The notes: a model not told the origin generated them from the sequence alone. 47,813 nt of DNA from a bacterium (GCA_021785125.1 JAJYGF010000008.1:1-47813); one strand, 5' to 3'; shown: positions 1 through 8,802, numbered from the stretch's first letter. Program-made: numbers and translations.

Positions 1-162
1 CACCCAGCGCAAAGAATCGGCAATATTTGATTTGCCGGAACCATTTGGGCCAACAACTGCGGTGATGCCGCGCGTCTGACCATCTTGGGAAAACGAAAAA
101 TCCAACGTGGTTTTGTTGGCAAAAGACTTAAATCCTGATATTTCCAGCTTTTTTAGATACAC
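1..162 (-). CDS. smc: SMC chromosome segregation ATPase, N-terminal fragment (runs off the window)
   Basis: Reverse translation of 162..1 gives (GTG)[53 protein letters not shown], the typical SMC head with Walker A GPNGSGKS. It is absent from the ORF track because it is truncated. Confidence 0.8.
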   Translation of the reverse strand, partial: MYLKKLEISGFKSFANKTTLDFSFSQDGQTRGITAVVGPNGSGKSNIADSLRWV

Positions 163-257
163 GTACGTTTTGAAGATTAAATTGCTATTTTATTTTACTA
201 TAAGTTTGCAAAAAAAAGAAGAAGCTGGATACCCAGCCTCTTCATAATTCTTGAATT

Positions 258-947
258 TTACCAGCCTTTCGCTTCCAGCGCCGCCGCGGCCGCGTTTCTT
301 TGTGCTTCCTGTTTGCTCAAGCCCTCGCCCTTGGCCGCCAGCTCTTCATTCAGATACACGCCAACCACGAATTTCTTGGAATGGTCCGGACCGGTCTCTT
401 CCAGCACGCGATATGACGGCGTGATGCCGACTCTTTCCTGCGCCTCTTCCTGGAAGCGGCTCTTCGGATCCATATATGATTTGCTTTTTATGATTTCCGG
501 CAGTTCCACCACCACATTCTTCATGATGAAATCTTTGGCGACTGCATAACCTTTCTCTTTCCGATCAAGATAAATCGCGCCGGTGATCGCTTCAAAAGCA
601 TTGGCCAAAAGATATTGCCTCGCTTTGCCGGTATCTTTGGCTTCGCCCCGGCTCATCAGAAGAAATTCTTCCACGCCCAAATTCCTGGAAAGCTTGGCCA
701 GCATCTCCCCGTTTACCAAAGCCGCGCGCCAATTGGTCAGCTCGCCTTCCGGATTCGGATAATTTTCATATAAATATTCAGTGACCACCAATTCCAAAAC
801 CGCATCGCCTAAAAATTCCAGCCGCTCATTGTGGTCCAATTTATAGTCCTTGTGCTCATTCAAATAAGAGCGGTGAGTCACCGCCTGTTGAAGAATGTCG
901 AGATTATTGAATTTTATACCCAGCTTTTCAGCTAATTTTTCTACCAC
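258..947 (-). CDS. rnc: Ribonuclease III
   Basis: Contains HRSY..ERLEFLGDAVLELVVTEYLY (RNase III signature) and a C-terminal dsRBD-like region. GTG start. Confidence 0.93.
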   Translation of the reverse strand: MVEKLAEKLGIKFNNLDILQQAVTHRSYLNEHKDYKLDHNERLEFLGDAVLELVVTEYLYENYPNPEGELTNWRAALVNGEMLAKLSRNLGVEEFLLMSRGEAKDTGKARQYLLANAFEAITGAIYLDRKEKGYAVAKDFIMKNVVVELPEIIKSKSYMDPKSRFQEEAQERVGITPSYRVLEETGPDHSKKFVVGVYLNEELAAKGEGLSKQEAQRNAAAAALEAKGW

Positions 948-956
948 TGTGATCGG

Positions 957-1077
957 AATTTTTAATTTTAAATTTTTAATTTTAAATGAAATTCCAATGA
1001 CTGAATTTTTAAATAATTAAACATTGGATAATTTAAAATTGATTTAAAATTTGAAATTTATAATTTAAAATTTAAAA
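957..1077. repeat. AT-rich dispersed intergenic element, long copy E1
   Basis: Heptamer-like AATTTTA runs flank a core ...aaatgaaattccaatgactgaatttttaaataattaaacatt...aatttaaaattgatttaaaattt... The core is shared with copies at 3970-4108, 31206-31320 and 43847-43967. Confidence 0.7.
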
Positions 1078-1079
1078 GA

Positions 1080-1589
1080 CTATTTAGTTTCGCCTACTTC
1101 AACTTTCGCATCAGTCTCATTATTTTCCTCAATCTTCTTGTTCTTTTTAGAAGTATCATCTTTCATCGGCTCTCCCAATTCGCGATAGATCGTGCCCAAA
1201 ACGCCGTTCACGAACCTTCCGGAAGATTCGCCGCCGAAAGATTTAGCCAGTTCGATCGCTTCGTTGATCGCCACTTTCGGCGGAACTTCTTCATAGTTCC
1301 CGAAAAGAAGCTCGTTGATGCCAAGACGCAAAATGTTCCGGTCGACAACCGTCACCTGTTCCAAGGGCCATTCCGGCGCGCACTTTTCGATGAGTGGATC
1401 AATCTTGTCTCTGTTCTCGATCGTTTTGTTGACCAATTGATAGACAAAAGAGTCATCTTCAAGACCGGGAGCAAACTCCTGGATGTTTTTTTTCACAATC
1501 TCCTCTACTTTGCTATTGTCTTTGCCTTTGAAATCCCATTCGTAGAGAGATTGCATCGCGACTGAACGTGATAAATGACGGTTGGCCAT
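1080..1589 (-). CDS. nusB: Transcription antitermination factor NusB
   Basis: [20 protein letters not shown]... and the ...[26 protein letters not shown] motif. I place the start at the internal Met (cat at 1587-1589) because the track extension overlaps rpmF. Confidence 0.88.
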   Translation of the reverse strand: MANRHLSRSVAMQSLYEWDFKGKDNSKVEEIVKKNIQEFAPGLEDDSFVYQLVNKTIENRDKIDPLIEKCAPEWPLEQVTVVDRNILRLGINELLFGNYEEVPPKVAINEAIELAKSFGGESSGRFVNGVLGTIYRELGEPMKDDTSKKNKKIEENNETDAKVEVGETK

Positions 1590-1594
1590 AAAAA

Positions 1595-1801
1595 TTATTT
1601 CTTGGTTGCTTTTTTGGCGGCTTTCTTCATCGTATCCACAACTTCTTTGCCTTTGTAGTATCCGCATTTCGAGCAAGCTACATGCTGTTTGATCATAGCC
1701 CCGCATTTGGTGCATTTTACAAGTTTCGCAGTTGTAAGCTTCAATTCTTTGCGAGCCCTGTCTCTTCTGGCTTTAGTGTGTCTCTGTTTCTGTGTTGACA
1801 T
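1595..1801 (-). CDS. rpmF: 50S ribosomal protein L32
   Basis: [17 protein letters not shown]... with a CxxC...CxxC zinc ribbon (KCTKCG / CSKCG). Confidence 0.9.
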   Translation of the reverse strand: MSTQKQRHTKARRDRARKELKLTTAKLVKCTKCGAMIKQHVACSKCGYYKGKEVVDTMKKAAKKATKK

Positions 1802-1893
1802 AAATTTGTAATTATATTCTGATTAAGTTTTATTACTAATAACTAAATTATCATCTTTTTGAGGTTTTGACAAGGGTTTTTAGAAATAAAGAA

Positions 1894-1915
1894 GGCCGTG
1901 CTTTATCACACGGCC
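1894..1915 (-). terminator. Hairpin ggccgtg/cacggcc downstream of the transposase gene
   Basis: 7-bp GC stem followed on the minus strand by ttctttatttct. Confidence 0.45.
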
Positions 1916-1996
1916 ATTGCAATCTTAACGTCAGTCTCTGTACGTTAAATAAATTGCATCAATAACGTCTCCTAATTAAATTAATTTTATAAAATC

Positions 1997-2023
1997 GAGA
2001 CGCCCTATCAGGTCGTCTCTACG
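1997..2023. repeat. REP-like hairpin (imperfect copy)
   Basis: gagacg-ccctatcaggt-cgtctc followed by tacg. Degenerate related pieces (gtctctgtacg, acgtctcc) lie at about 1935-1975. Confidence 0.65.
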
Positions 2024-2032
2024 GATATTTTT

Positions 2033-2596
2033 TCATATCCACAAATTTTCGACATTGTTCCTGTCCCGTTCCCACATCTGGGGGTTGGTTCGGATATATT
2101 CCCGGATTTTGTTCAGGGAAATTTCATTGCGGATGATGTGGTCATAGAAACGTGATTGCCAGGCGAATGAATTTGAATTAGGCATTTGATGGATTTTATT
2201 CGTTACCACACCCTTAAATCCTCTAATAATTGATGCTAGATTATTTGCCTGTGGTCCAAATTTATTTTTATATTCCAAGACGCCTGTAGAGACGCATTGC
2301 AATGCGTCTCTACGTTGCGCGTCTGTACATATTTCAATAATTGCATGAACATGGTTCGGCATTATCACCCATTCATCCAATTTTACATTCGGACGGATTT
2401 TTGGTGTTTGCAATAATTCATCACGGACGATTTTCCCCATATCCGATAAAATCATTTCTCCATTTTCTATCTGACCAAAAAATTCCTCTCTATTTTTCGT
2501 ACATATCGTGACAAAATACATCCCATTTTGGGAATAATCGTATCCTGATAACCTGGCGGATTTTATTTTGTATTTGTTTTTGAATTTTGATTGCAT
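2033..2596 (-). CDS. REP-associated tyrosine transposase (IS200/IS605-like HUH Y1 family, RAYT)
   Basis: YFVTICTKNREEFFG ... MPNHVHAIIEI (HUH motif) ... WQSRFYDHIIRNE (catalytic Tyr region). This is a single-gene unit with no TnpB. Confidence 0.85.
   Translation of the reverse strand: MQSKFKNKYKIKSARLSGYDYSQNGMYFVTICTKNREEFFGQIENGEMILSDMGKIVRDELLQTPKIRPNVKLDEWVIMPNHVHAIIEICTDAQRRDALQCVSTGVLEYKNKFGPQANNLASIIRGFKGVVTNKIHQMPNSNSFAWQSRFYDHIIRNEISLNKIREYIRTNPQMWERDRNNVENLWI
2286..2313. repeat. Perfect 28-nt GTAG-headed palindrome inside the RAYT CDS
   Basis: gtagagacgcattgcaatgcgtctctac is its own reverse complement. It is translated as RRDALQCVST just after the HUH motif. Confidence 0.9.
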
Positions 2597-2606
2597 TTAT
2601 AAATGT

Positions 2607-2632
2607 TAGAGACGCAATGCATTGCGTCTCTA
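2607..2632. repeat. Perfect 26-nt REP-like palindrome upstream of the RAYT start
   Basis: tagagacgcaatgcattgcgtctcta, followed by cgaatatacgtctac. Confidence 0.9.
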
Positions 2633-2643
2633 CGAATATACGT

Positions 2644-3381
2644 CTACATCTTCTTTTTCAACAACACCTTCACCGGTTTGAAGGATTTGCGGTGAATTTC
2701 GCACGGGCCGTGTTCTTGGAGCATCTTCAGATGTTGGGCCGTGCCGTAACCTTTGTGCGAATCGAAGCCATACATCAGATATTTCTCATGCATCTCACGC
2801 ATGATCCGGTCCCGCGTGACTTTGGCCACGATCGATGCGGCCGAGATGGATTTCACCAACCGGTCTCCGCCTACCACCGTTTTTTGTTCATAACTAAAAT
2901 TCGGAATTTTTTTGTTTCCATCAAAAAGAAGAATCACCTGTTTGTGGTTTGAGACTTGTGATTTGTGATTTGTTTGGTCATTGTTTCTTGTATCTTGATC
3001 AAGCTTTCTAAATAAATCAGCAACTGCTATTTTAGCCGCTAAGTATGTCGCCTCCAAAATATTGATGCGATCGATCGTCTTGTGATCACAGATGCCGACA
3101 CCGACATAGAAATTTTCATGGATAAAATCAAAAATTTCCTCGCGCTGTTTCTCGCTTAAAGCCTTTGAATCCCTGACCAGATCCCAACTTTTGTCATTTG
3201 AAATTTGATCATTGGAATTTGTTTGGAAATTGGAAATTGGAAATTGAAAATTCCGGACAGCTGTTGCGCAAGCAACCACCGGTCCGGCTAGCGGCCCCCG
3301 GCCGGCCTCATCGATGCCGATGATGATTTTGTACCCTTCCGAGATTAATTTTTTCTCAAGGTCAAAAGTTGACTTTACCAT
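2644..3381 (-). CDS. rnhB: Ribonuclease HII, carrying two low-complexity insertions
   Basis: IIGIDEAGRGPLAGPVV..., DSKALSEKQRE, SIVAKVTRDRIM. The start is set at MVKSTFDL (cat 3379-3381). The insertions are NFQFPISNFQTNSNDQISND and DQDTRNNDQTNHKSQVSNHK. Confidence 0.9.
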   Translation of the reverse strand: MVKSTFDLEKKLISEGYKIIIGIDEAGRGPLAGPVVACATAVRNFQFPISNFQTNSNDQISNDKSWDLVRDSKALSEKQREEIFDFIHENFYVGVGICDHKTIDRINILEATYLAAKIAVADLFRKLDQDTRNNDQTNHKSQVSNHKQVILLFDGNKKIPNFSYEQKTVVGGDRLVKSISAASIVAKVTRDRIMREMHEKYLMYGFDSHKGYGTAQHLKMLQEHGPCEIHRKSFKPVKVLLKKKM

Positions 3382-3465
3382 GTTTATTATGCTAGCATTT
3401 TTTGAGATAAAAAGGTAGATTCTCATTTTATTGAAGTTCATTTCAAAGAAAGGAGGTAACAACAG

Positions 3466-3762
3466 TTGAAAGAGAAGCTTTTCCCAGAGTACCTCAACAA
3501 AGGTTCAAGGGGAGCGGCAGTTTTTTTCCTGCAAAATCTTTTGCTGGCCGGTGGCTATAACAGCACCTCCATATTTGCCGACGGCATCTATGGCGAAGAG
3601 ACAGCAAAAGGGGTCTGCGAACTGCAGGAAGAACTCGGAGTTGAGACCGATGGTCATTTTGGACCAACGACAAGAAGCGTATGGCTCCACAACGGTGGCC
3701 CCGACATCGACTCCATCACAATGGATTCGCTTACAAGCGGAACCGAAGCTATAATGCCATGA
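3466..3762 (+). CDS. Small peptidoglycan-binding-domain (PG_binding_1-like) protein
   Basis: GSRGAAVFFLQNLL...DGIYGEETAKGVCELQEELGVETDGHFGPTT. TTG start 9 nt after aaaggagg (3449-3456). Confidence 0.75.
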   Translation: MKEKLFPEYLNKGSRGAAVFFLQNLLLAGGYNSTSIFADGIYGEETAKGVCELQEELGVETDGHFGPTTRSVWLHNGGPDIDSITMDSLTSGTEAIMP

Positions 3763-3769
3763 CCAGCAG

Positions 3770-3813
3770 CCTCCCGGATAATCACTAGACAGTGTGAATC
3801 CGGGAGGTTTTTT
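3770..3813 (+). terminator. Rho-independent terminator
   Basis: cctcccgga (3770-3778) pairs with tccgggagg (3799-3807), followed by tttttt. Confidence 0.8.
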
Positions 3814-3969
3814 ATTTCTAAAAGTCTGCTATACTATAAGCATATTAATCTTCCTTGCAAAACCCACAGAGCAATCAGGGGTATGGGGGCAGACAAACAT
3901 ATGCATAATTTTTTGAGTTTTATAATTTCAAGAGGCCTTTAATTTATTAGTGGCTTTTTTATTTCGCTC

Positions 3970-4108
3970 AAATTTTTAATTTCCAATTTTTAATTTTCAA
4001 TTTCCAATCAAATCCTAATTTATAAATGACCAAATTTTTAAACATTCTAAAATTAAAGCATTAGAAATTGATTCAAAATTCAAAATTCTTAATTATAAAT
4101 TATTAATC
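3970..4108. repeat. AT-rich dispersed intergenic element, long copy E2
   Basis: aatttccaatttttaattttcaatttccaat...ataaatgaccaaatttttaaacatt...ttagaaattgattcaaaatt... It lies directly upstream of dnaE. Confidence 0.7.
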
Positions 4109-4110
4109 CA

Positions 4111-7100
4111 ATGTCTGAAGCCTCTAAGCCTAGATTTACACATTTACACGTCCATACCCACTATTCCCTTCTCGATGGTCTCTCAAAAATAGACCAGCTT
4201 TTGGACCGCGCCAAAGAGCTGGGCATGGACTCGATCGCCATCACGGACCACGGCGTTCTCTATGGTGCGATCGAATTCTACATGAAAGCCAAGGAGCGCG
4301 GCATCAAGCCGATCATCGGCTGTGAGATGTATGTCACCCCAAACGATCTCCACAGCAAGAATCCGACCGCTGAAGACAGGAAGAGATATCACCTGATCGT
4401 CCTGGCCAAGAATGAAAAGGGCTACAAGAATCTGATGAAGCTGATTTCGATCGCACATCTGGAAGGTTTCTATTACAAACCCCGCATCGACCGCAAGGTT
4501 TTGCGGGAACATTCCGAAGGATTGATTGGACTTTCCGCCTGTGCCGAAGGCGAAGTGCCAGCCAATATCGTCATGGGCAACATGGAAAAAGCGGAACAGC
4601 TGGCGTTGGAATATCAGGACATTTTCGGCAAAGGCAATTTTTATCTGGAAATCCAGCACCATCCGAAATTTCCAAATCAAGCAATTGCCAACAAGGGCCT
4701 GATCGAGCTCGGCAAAAAACTGGACATCAAAGTCGTGGCAACCAATGACATACATTATGTCAACAAAGATGATGCCCACATTCAGGATATTCTTCTTTGC
4801 ATCCAGACTAACCGCAAAGTGGAAGAGAAAGATCGCATGAATCTTCTGGATTTCGAACTCTATCTCAAAAGCCCCGAAGAAATGGCCGAGCATTTCGCGC
4901 ATATTCCGGAAGCGCTTGAAAACACTCAGGAAGTCATGGACAAATGCAACTTGGAAATCAAACTGGGCGAGACCCAGCTTCCCCACTTCGACGTGCCGGA
5001 AGGCTTCACCGCGCAATCGTATCTGGAAAAACTCTGCGAGAAAGGGCTTGTGAAAAGATTTGGAGACGGCGTGACCAAAGAACATAACAAGAGGATGCGT
5101 TATGAACTAGATATTATCGAGAAAACCGGCTACGCTTCATACTTCTTGATCGTGCAGGATTTCGTCAACTGGGCCAAGAACAACGGAATTGTCGTCGGAC
5201 CAGGCAGAGGAAGTGCGGCCGGAAGTTTTGTTTCATACCTGACCGGAATAACCAATATAGATCCGATCAAATACGATCTACTGTTCGAAAGATTCTTGAA
5301 TCCGGAAAGAGTCTCCATGCCAGATGTGGACATGGACTTTGCAGACGACAAGCGCGATCTAGTTTTACAATATGTGCGGAGAAAATACGGCAACGATCAT
5401 GTGGCCCAGATCATCACGTTCGGAACCATGGCCGCCCGCGCGGCGGTGCGCGATGCCGGACGAGCTTTGGGCTTTCCATATGATTTCTGCGACAAGACTG
5501 CCAAGCTCATTCCGCAATTCTCCAGCATCAAAGACGCCTTGGAAGAATCGAAAGAATTCAAAGAGGCATATGAATCAAGCGCAGATGCCAGAAAATTGAT
5601 CGACAGCGCCATGCGTCTGGAAGGCGTGGTACGCCATGCCTCCATGCATGCCTGCGGCGTCGTGATCACTAAAGATCCGGTCAGCGAATACACCCCGCTC
5701 CAGAACATCGCTAAGGCCGGCGAGAACGGCGGAACCGTGACCCAATATTCCTCTTCGACCAAATCCAGCTTTGTGGAAAAAATCGGACTCCTCAAGATGG
5801 ACTTCTTGGGACTCAAAAACTTGACTATCATTCAAAACACTTTGCGCATCGTGCGAAAGACCCATGGCTTGGATCTCGATATCGACAAGATCCCATTGGA
5901 CGATGCCAAGACATATGAGCTTTTCCAGAAAGGCGAAACGACCGGCGTGTTCCAATTTGAAAGTTCCGGCATGAAAAGATATTTGAAACTTCTGAAACCG
6001 ACCGGCATTGAAGATATCATCGCGATGGGCGCCCTCTATCGCCCCGGGCCGATGGACTGGATCCCCGATTTCATCGCCGGAAAACATGGCGCAAAAAAAA
6101 TCAACTACCTCCATCCTAAGCTGGAACCGATCTTGAACAAGACGTATGGCGTGGCCGTCTATCAGGAACAGGTCATGCAGATCGCACGTGATTTGGCCGG
6201 CTTTTCCCTCGGCGAAGCGGATATGCTCCGAAAAGCCATGGGAAAGAAGATCTTCGCCTTGATCCAGGAACAGAAGATCAAATTCATCGACGGATGCGTC
6301 AAGCAAGGCATCGACCGCAAGATCGGCGAAAAAGTTTTTGAATTTATCGAACCGTTCGCCGGCTATGGATTCAACCGGTCCCACGCAGCTTGCTACGGCC
6401 TCATCGGCTATCAGACCGCCTATTTGAAATCCCATTTCCCCGCCGCTTTCATGGCCGCGCTTCTGACATCCGACCAAGACAACATCGACCGCGTGGCGAT
6501 CGAAGTTTCCGAATGCCGCGACATGGGCACCGAAGTTATGGCGCCGCATGTCAATGAAAGTTTCGAAGAATTCGCGGTGATTAAAAATGAAACTGCAGAG
6601 ACGCAATTGAATGCATCTCGAAAAGACCGCATCCGCTTCGGACTTAACGCCATCAAGAACGTCGGGCACACCGTCGCGCATGAAATCGTGGAAGAACGGA
6701 AAAAAAACGGCAAATTCAAAAGCCTGACTGATCTGATCGAAAGAGTGCAATCCAAAGATCTGAACAAGAAATCCATTGAGGCCTTGGCGAAAGTCGGCGC
6801 CTTGGAAGGTCTGGGCGAAAGGAACCAGATCATCGCATCGATGGACAACATCCTGGCTCATGCCAAAAATTTCCAAAAAACCAAAGATTCACAACAATTT
6901 AGTTTGTTCGGTGATGCTGACATAAAATTGCCGGAAATCCAACTGCTTGAAACCGAACCGGCTACCAAAAAACAAAGATTGGCCTGGGAAAAAGAACTGA
7001 TGGGGCTATATATCAGCGATCATCCGGCGCGCGAGTATATGGATTATTTCCGCCAGATGGGTGTGCCGATCAGAGATATCAATGGCTCGCACGTCGGACG

Positions 7101-7626
7101 AAACATCAGCGTCGGCGGCGTCATCTCGAAGATCCACAAGATCTATCTCAAAAATCATAACACCATGCTGTTCGTGACCATCGAGGACACGGTGTCCAAC
7201 ATGGAGATCCTGGTCTTTCCGAAGGTTTTGGAAACGACTGGTTCCGTTTGGGAAGAAGACAAAGTTATTTTGGCGAGCGGCAAGATTTCCGACAAAGACG
7301 GCAATTTCAAGATCCTGTGCGATTCCGTCAAAACCGTCAACCAGGACGAAGTGGAGCAATTCAGACGGATCCTGGCCACCAAGAAAGCCAACGAAAAGCC
7401 GAAAGAAGAAGCGACCAAATTATTTTTGACACTGCCGAACAATTCCAACCAGGAAACTCTCAAAAAACTTTCGCAATATTTCGACAAATGCGACGCTGGC
7501 AAAATGAAAGTCTTTCTTTCCATCAACAACCAAAAACTTGAAACGCCGTATTGCCTCAAGTATGTCGAAGGTTTCGAAGAAAATCTCAAGAATCTCGCCC
7601 CAGAAGCCAGAATCGAACTAGTTTAA
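4111..7626 (+). CDS. dnaE: DNA polymerase III alpha subunit
   Basis: 1171 aa. PHP domain HLHVHTHYSLLDG, the GSAAGS/PDVDMDF polymerase core, and an OB-fold tail. Confidence 0.97.
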   Translation: MSEASKPRFTHLHVHTHYSLLDGLSKIDQLLDRAKELGMDSIAITDHGVLYGAIEFYMKAKERGIKPIIGCEMYVTPNDLHSKNPTAEDRKRYHLIVLAKNEKGYKNLMKLISIAHLEGFYYKPRIDRKVLREHSEGLIGLSACAEGEVPANIVMGNMEKAEQLALEYQDIFGKGNFYLEIQHHPKFPNQAIANKGLIELGKKLDIKVVATNDIHYVNKDDAHIQDILLCIQTNRKVEEKDRMNLLDFELYLKSPEEMAEHFAHIPEALENTQEVMDKCNLEIKLGETQLPHFDVPEGFTAQSYLEKLCEKGLVKRFGDGVTKEHNKRMRYELDIIEKTGYASYFLIVQDFVNWAKNNGIVVGPGRGSAAGSFVSYLTGITNIDPIKYDLLFERFLNPERVSMPDVDMDFADDKRDLVLQYVRRKYGNDHVAQIITFGTMAARAAVRDAGRALGFPYDFCDKTAKLIPQFSSIKDALEESKEFKEAYESSADARKLIDSAMRLEGVVRHASMHACGVVITKDPVSEYTPLQNIAKAGENGGTVTQYSSSTKSSFVEKIGLLKMDFLGLKNLTIIQNTLRIVRKTHGLDLDIDKIPLDDAKTYELFQKGETTGVFQFESSGMKRYLKLLKPTGIEDIIAMGALYRPGPMDWIPDFIAGKHGAKKINYLHPKLEPILNKTYGVAVYQEQVMQIARDLAGFSLGEADMLRKAMGKKIFALIQEQKIKFIDGCVKQGIDRKIGEKVFEFIEPFAGYGFNRSHAACYGLIGYQTAYLKSHFPAAFMAALLTSDQDNIDRVAIEVSECRDMGTEVMAPHVNESFEEFAVIKNETAETQLNASRKDRIRFGLNAIKNVGHTVAHEIVEERKKNGKFKSLTDLIERVQSKDLNKKSIEALAKVGALEGLGERNQIIASMDNILAHAKNFQKTKDSQQFSLFGDADIKLPEIQLLETEPATKKQRLAWEKELMGLYISDHPAREYMDYFRQMGVPIRDINGSHVGRNISVGGVISKIHKIYLKNHNTMLFVTIEDTVSNMEILVFPKVLETTGSVWEEDKVILASGKISDKDGNFKILCDSVKTVNQDEVEQFRRILATKKANEKPKEEATKLFLTLPNNSNQETLKKLSQYFDKCDAGKMKVFLSINNQKLETPYCLKYVEGFEENLKNLAPEARIELV

Positions 7627-8742
7627 ACTCTCAAACTTTATTACCACGATTTCCGGCGTCGCGTCCGTGCGCATCGTCGGCCCCCATGTGCCGACGCCGG
7701 CCGAAGTGTATATTGAAAAGTTTCCGTCCTGGTTCAGGCCGTAATAATATCTGCCGTATATCAGCCGGTCGATGAAGCTGATCGGGAAAAGCTGGCCCTT
7801 GTGCGTGTGGCCGGCCAGCATCAGACTCACACCGGCCGCTTCCGCCTGTTTGACCGCATCCGGATTGTGATACAAAAGGATACTTGGCTGATTCCTGTCA
7901 AATCCGGGCAAATTATCCACGACATTGACAATATTTTTCTTTTCCATCCTTTGCGGATAACCAATGCCGATGATCTGCATGCCGTCGATGCTGGTCATTT
8001 TATCATCCAAGATTTTGACTCGGGTTTTTTGGAGTGCGCCCAGAGCTTCATCCACACCCAGATATGTCTCATGGTTGCCGGTCACGAAATACATCCCGTC
8101 CGGCGCCTTGATGTCGTCAAGCGGTTTCACCAAAGAATCAAGTTTTCCGTCCATGCCGTCGAAAAGATCGCCGGTAATGAAAACGACATCCGGCTTTGCC
8201 GAATTTATCTGATCCACAACTCCTCTCAAAAAATCGGCGCCCAGTACCAGCCCAAGATGCACGTCCGATATCTGCACGGCCGTCTTGTTCCTCCAGGCCG
8301 ATGGAAGATTTTTTATTTTAATCTCGATATGTTTCAACTTGGGATGATAGGCATTCCATATCCCGCAGCCCGAATACGCAAACGCGATAACAATAGCAAG
8401 AGCAACCAAATATTTTTGATATATGGCCGATCCGGCCGAACCGTAAATCCAAACTAGAGCCCAAACAACCGCAAAAGCCATCACCAGATTCAGAGCGACC
8501 CCCAGCCATATGCCGGATGAAAAATATAAAGTTCTCGTAAGACCGTTCTCGTTATAATGGGCCAGTATCGAAGATGCGATGAAACTGACCGACAGTATCG
8601 CCAATATGACGCCCAGGCACAACTTGGCGTTATTGCCGGTGATTTCAAAAAACTTTATCAAAGAAAAATAGATAAAAAAATGGCCTCCGAACAATATTGC
8701 CAGCAGGACAATCAGAATGATGATCATGAATAAGGCATTCAT
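7618..8742 (-). CDS. Membrane-anchored metallophosphoesterase (calcineurin-like)
   Basis: Four N-terminal TM helices, then ISDVHLG ... GDLFDG ... GNHE ... GHTHKGQ motifs. The 3' end overlaps dnaE by 9 nt (convergent). Confidence 0.8.
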   Translation of the reverse strand: MNALFMIIILIVLLAILFGGHFFIYFSLIKFFEITGNNAKLCLGVILAILSVSFIASSILAHYNENGLTRTLYFSSGIWLGVALNLVMAFAVVWALVWIYGSAGSAIYQKYLVALAIVIAFAYSGCGIWNAYHPKLKHIEIKIKNLPSAWRNKTAVQISDVHLGLVLGADFLRGVVDQINSAKPDVVFITGDLFDGMDGKLDSLVKPLDDIKAPDGMYFVTGNHETYLGVDEALGALQKTRVKILDDKMTSIDGMQIIGIGYPQRMEKKNIVNVVDNLPGFDRNQPSILLYHNPDAVKQAEAAGVSLMLAGHTHKGQLFPISFIDRLIYGRYYYGLNQDGNFSIYTSAGVGTWGPTMRTDATPEIVVIKFESLN

Positions 8743-8770
8743 GGTTTAATTTTACGCCCTTTTCGGACAA

Positions 8771-8802
8771 AAACAAGCCCCCGTATGCCTAGGGGCTTGT
8801 TT
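8771..8802. other. 11-bp GC-containing hairpin in a divergent intergenic region
   Basis: aaacaagcccc-cgtatgccta-ggggcttgttt. It looks like a terminator on both strands yet sits between two divergent gene starts. Confidence 0.4.

Larger units (their letters stand above)
1997..2632 (-). mobile_element. RAYT-type transposase unit bounded by REP-like palindromes
   Basis: An HUH/Y1 transposase CDS flanked by gagacg...cgtctcTACG hairpins at 1997-2023 and 2607-2632, all with the same CGTCTCTACG tail orientation. Confidence 0.75.

Noticed and set aside
957-1077. AT-rich repeat clusters as CRISPR arrays
   Set aside because: The units are 7-8 nt with no unique spacers of regular length, and no cas genes are present.
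1590-1715. N-terminal extensions in the ORF track for nusB. Similar extensions exist for rnhB (3382-3462), thrS (8865-8906), miaB (11046-11111), tmk (17447-17614), rplA (21426-21470), coiled-coil B (25324-25383), hypE (38428-38457) and tpiA (44722-44745).
   Set aside because: The extensions overlap upstream genes, terminators or promoters. Family N-termini align to the internal Met in each case.
2587-2952. A 121-aa plus-strand ORF starting in the REP palindrome
   Set aside because: It is antisense to rnhB, and its N-terminus is just the palindrome read in another frame.
3840-3960. A possible small RNA or promoter (TGCTATACT at about 3838-3846) between the PG-binding gene and element E2
   Set aside because: There is an extended -10-like match only, with no clear terminator or conserved structure that I can verify. 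It may simply be the dnaE promoter with a long leader.
4183-6876. Long minus-strand ORFs (300 aa, 433 aa and others) overlapping dnaE
   Set aside because: They are antisense shadows of a strongly supported 1171-aa DnaE. Their sequences are low-complexity and Phe/His/Arg-rich, with no recognisable motifs and no RBS.
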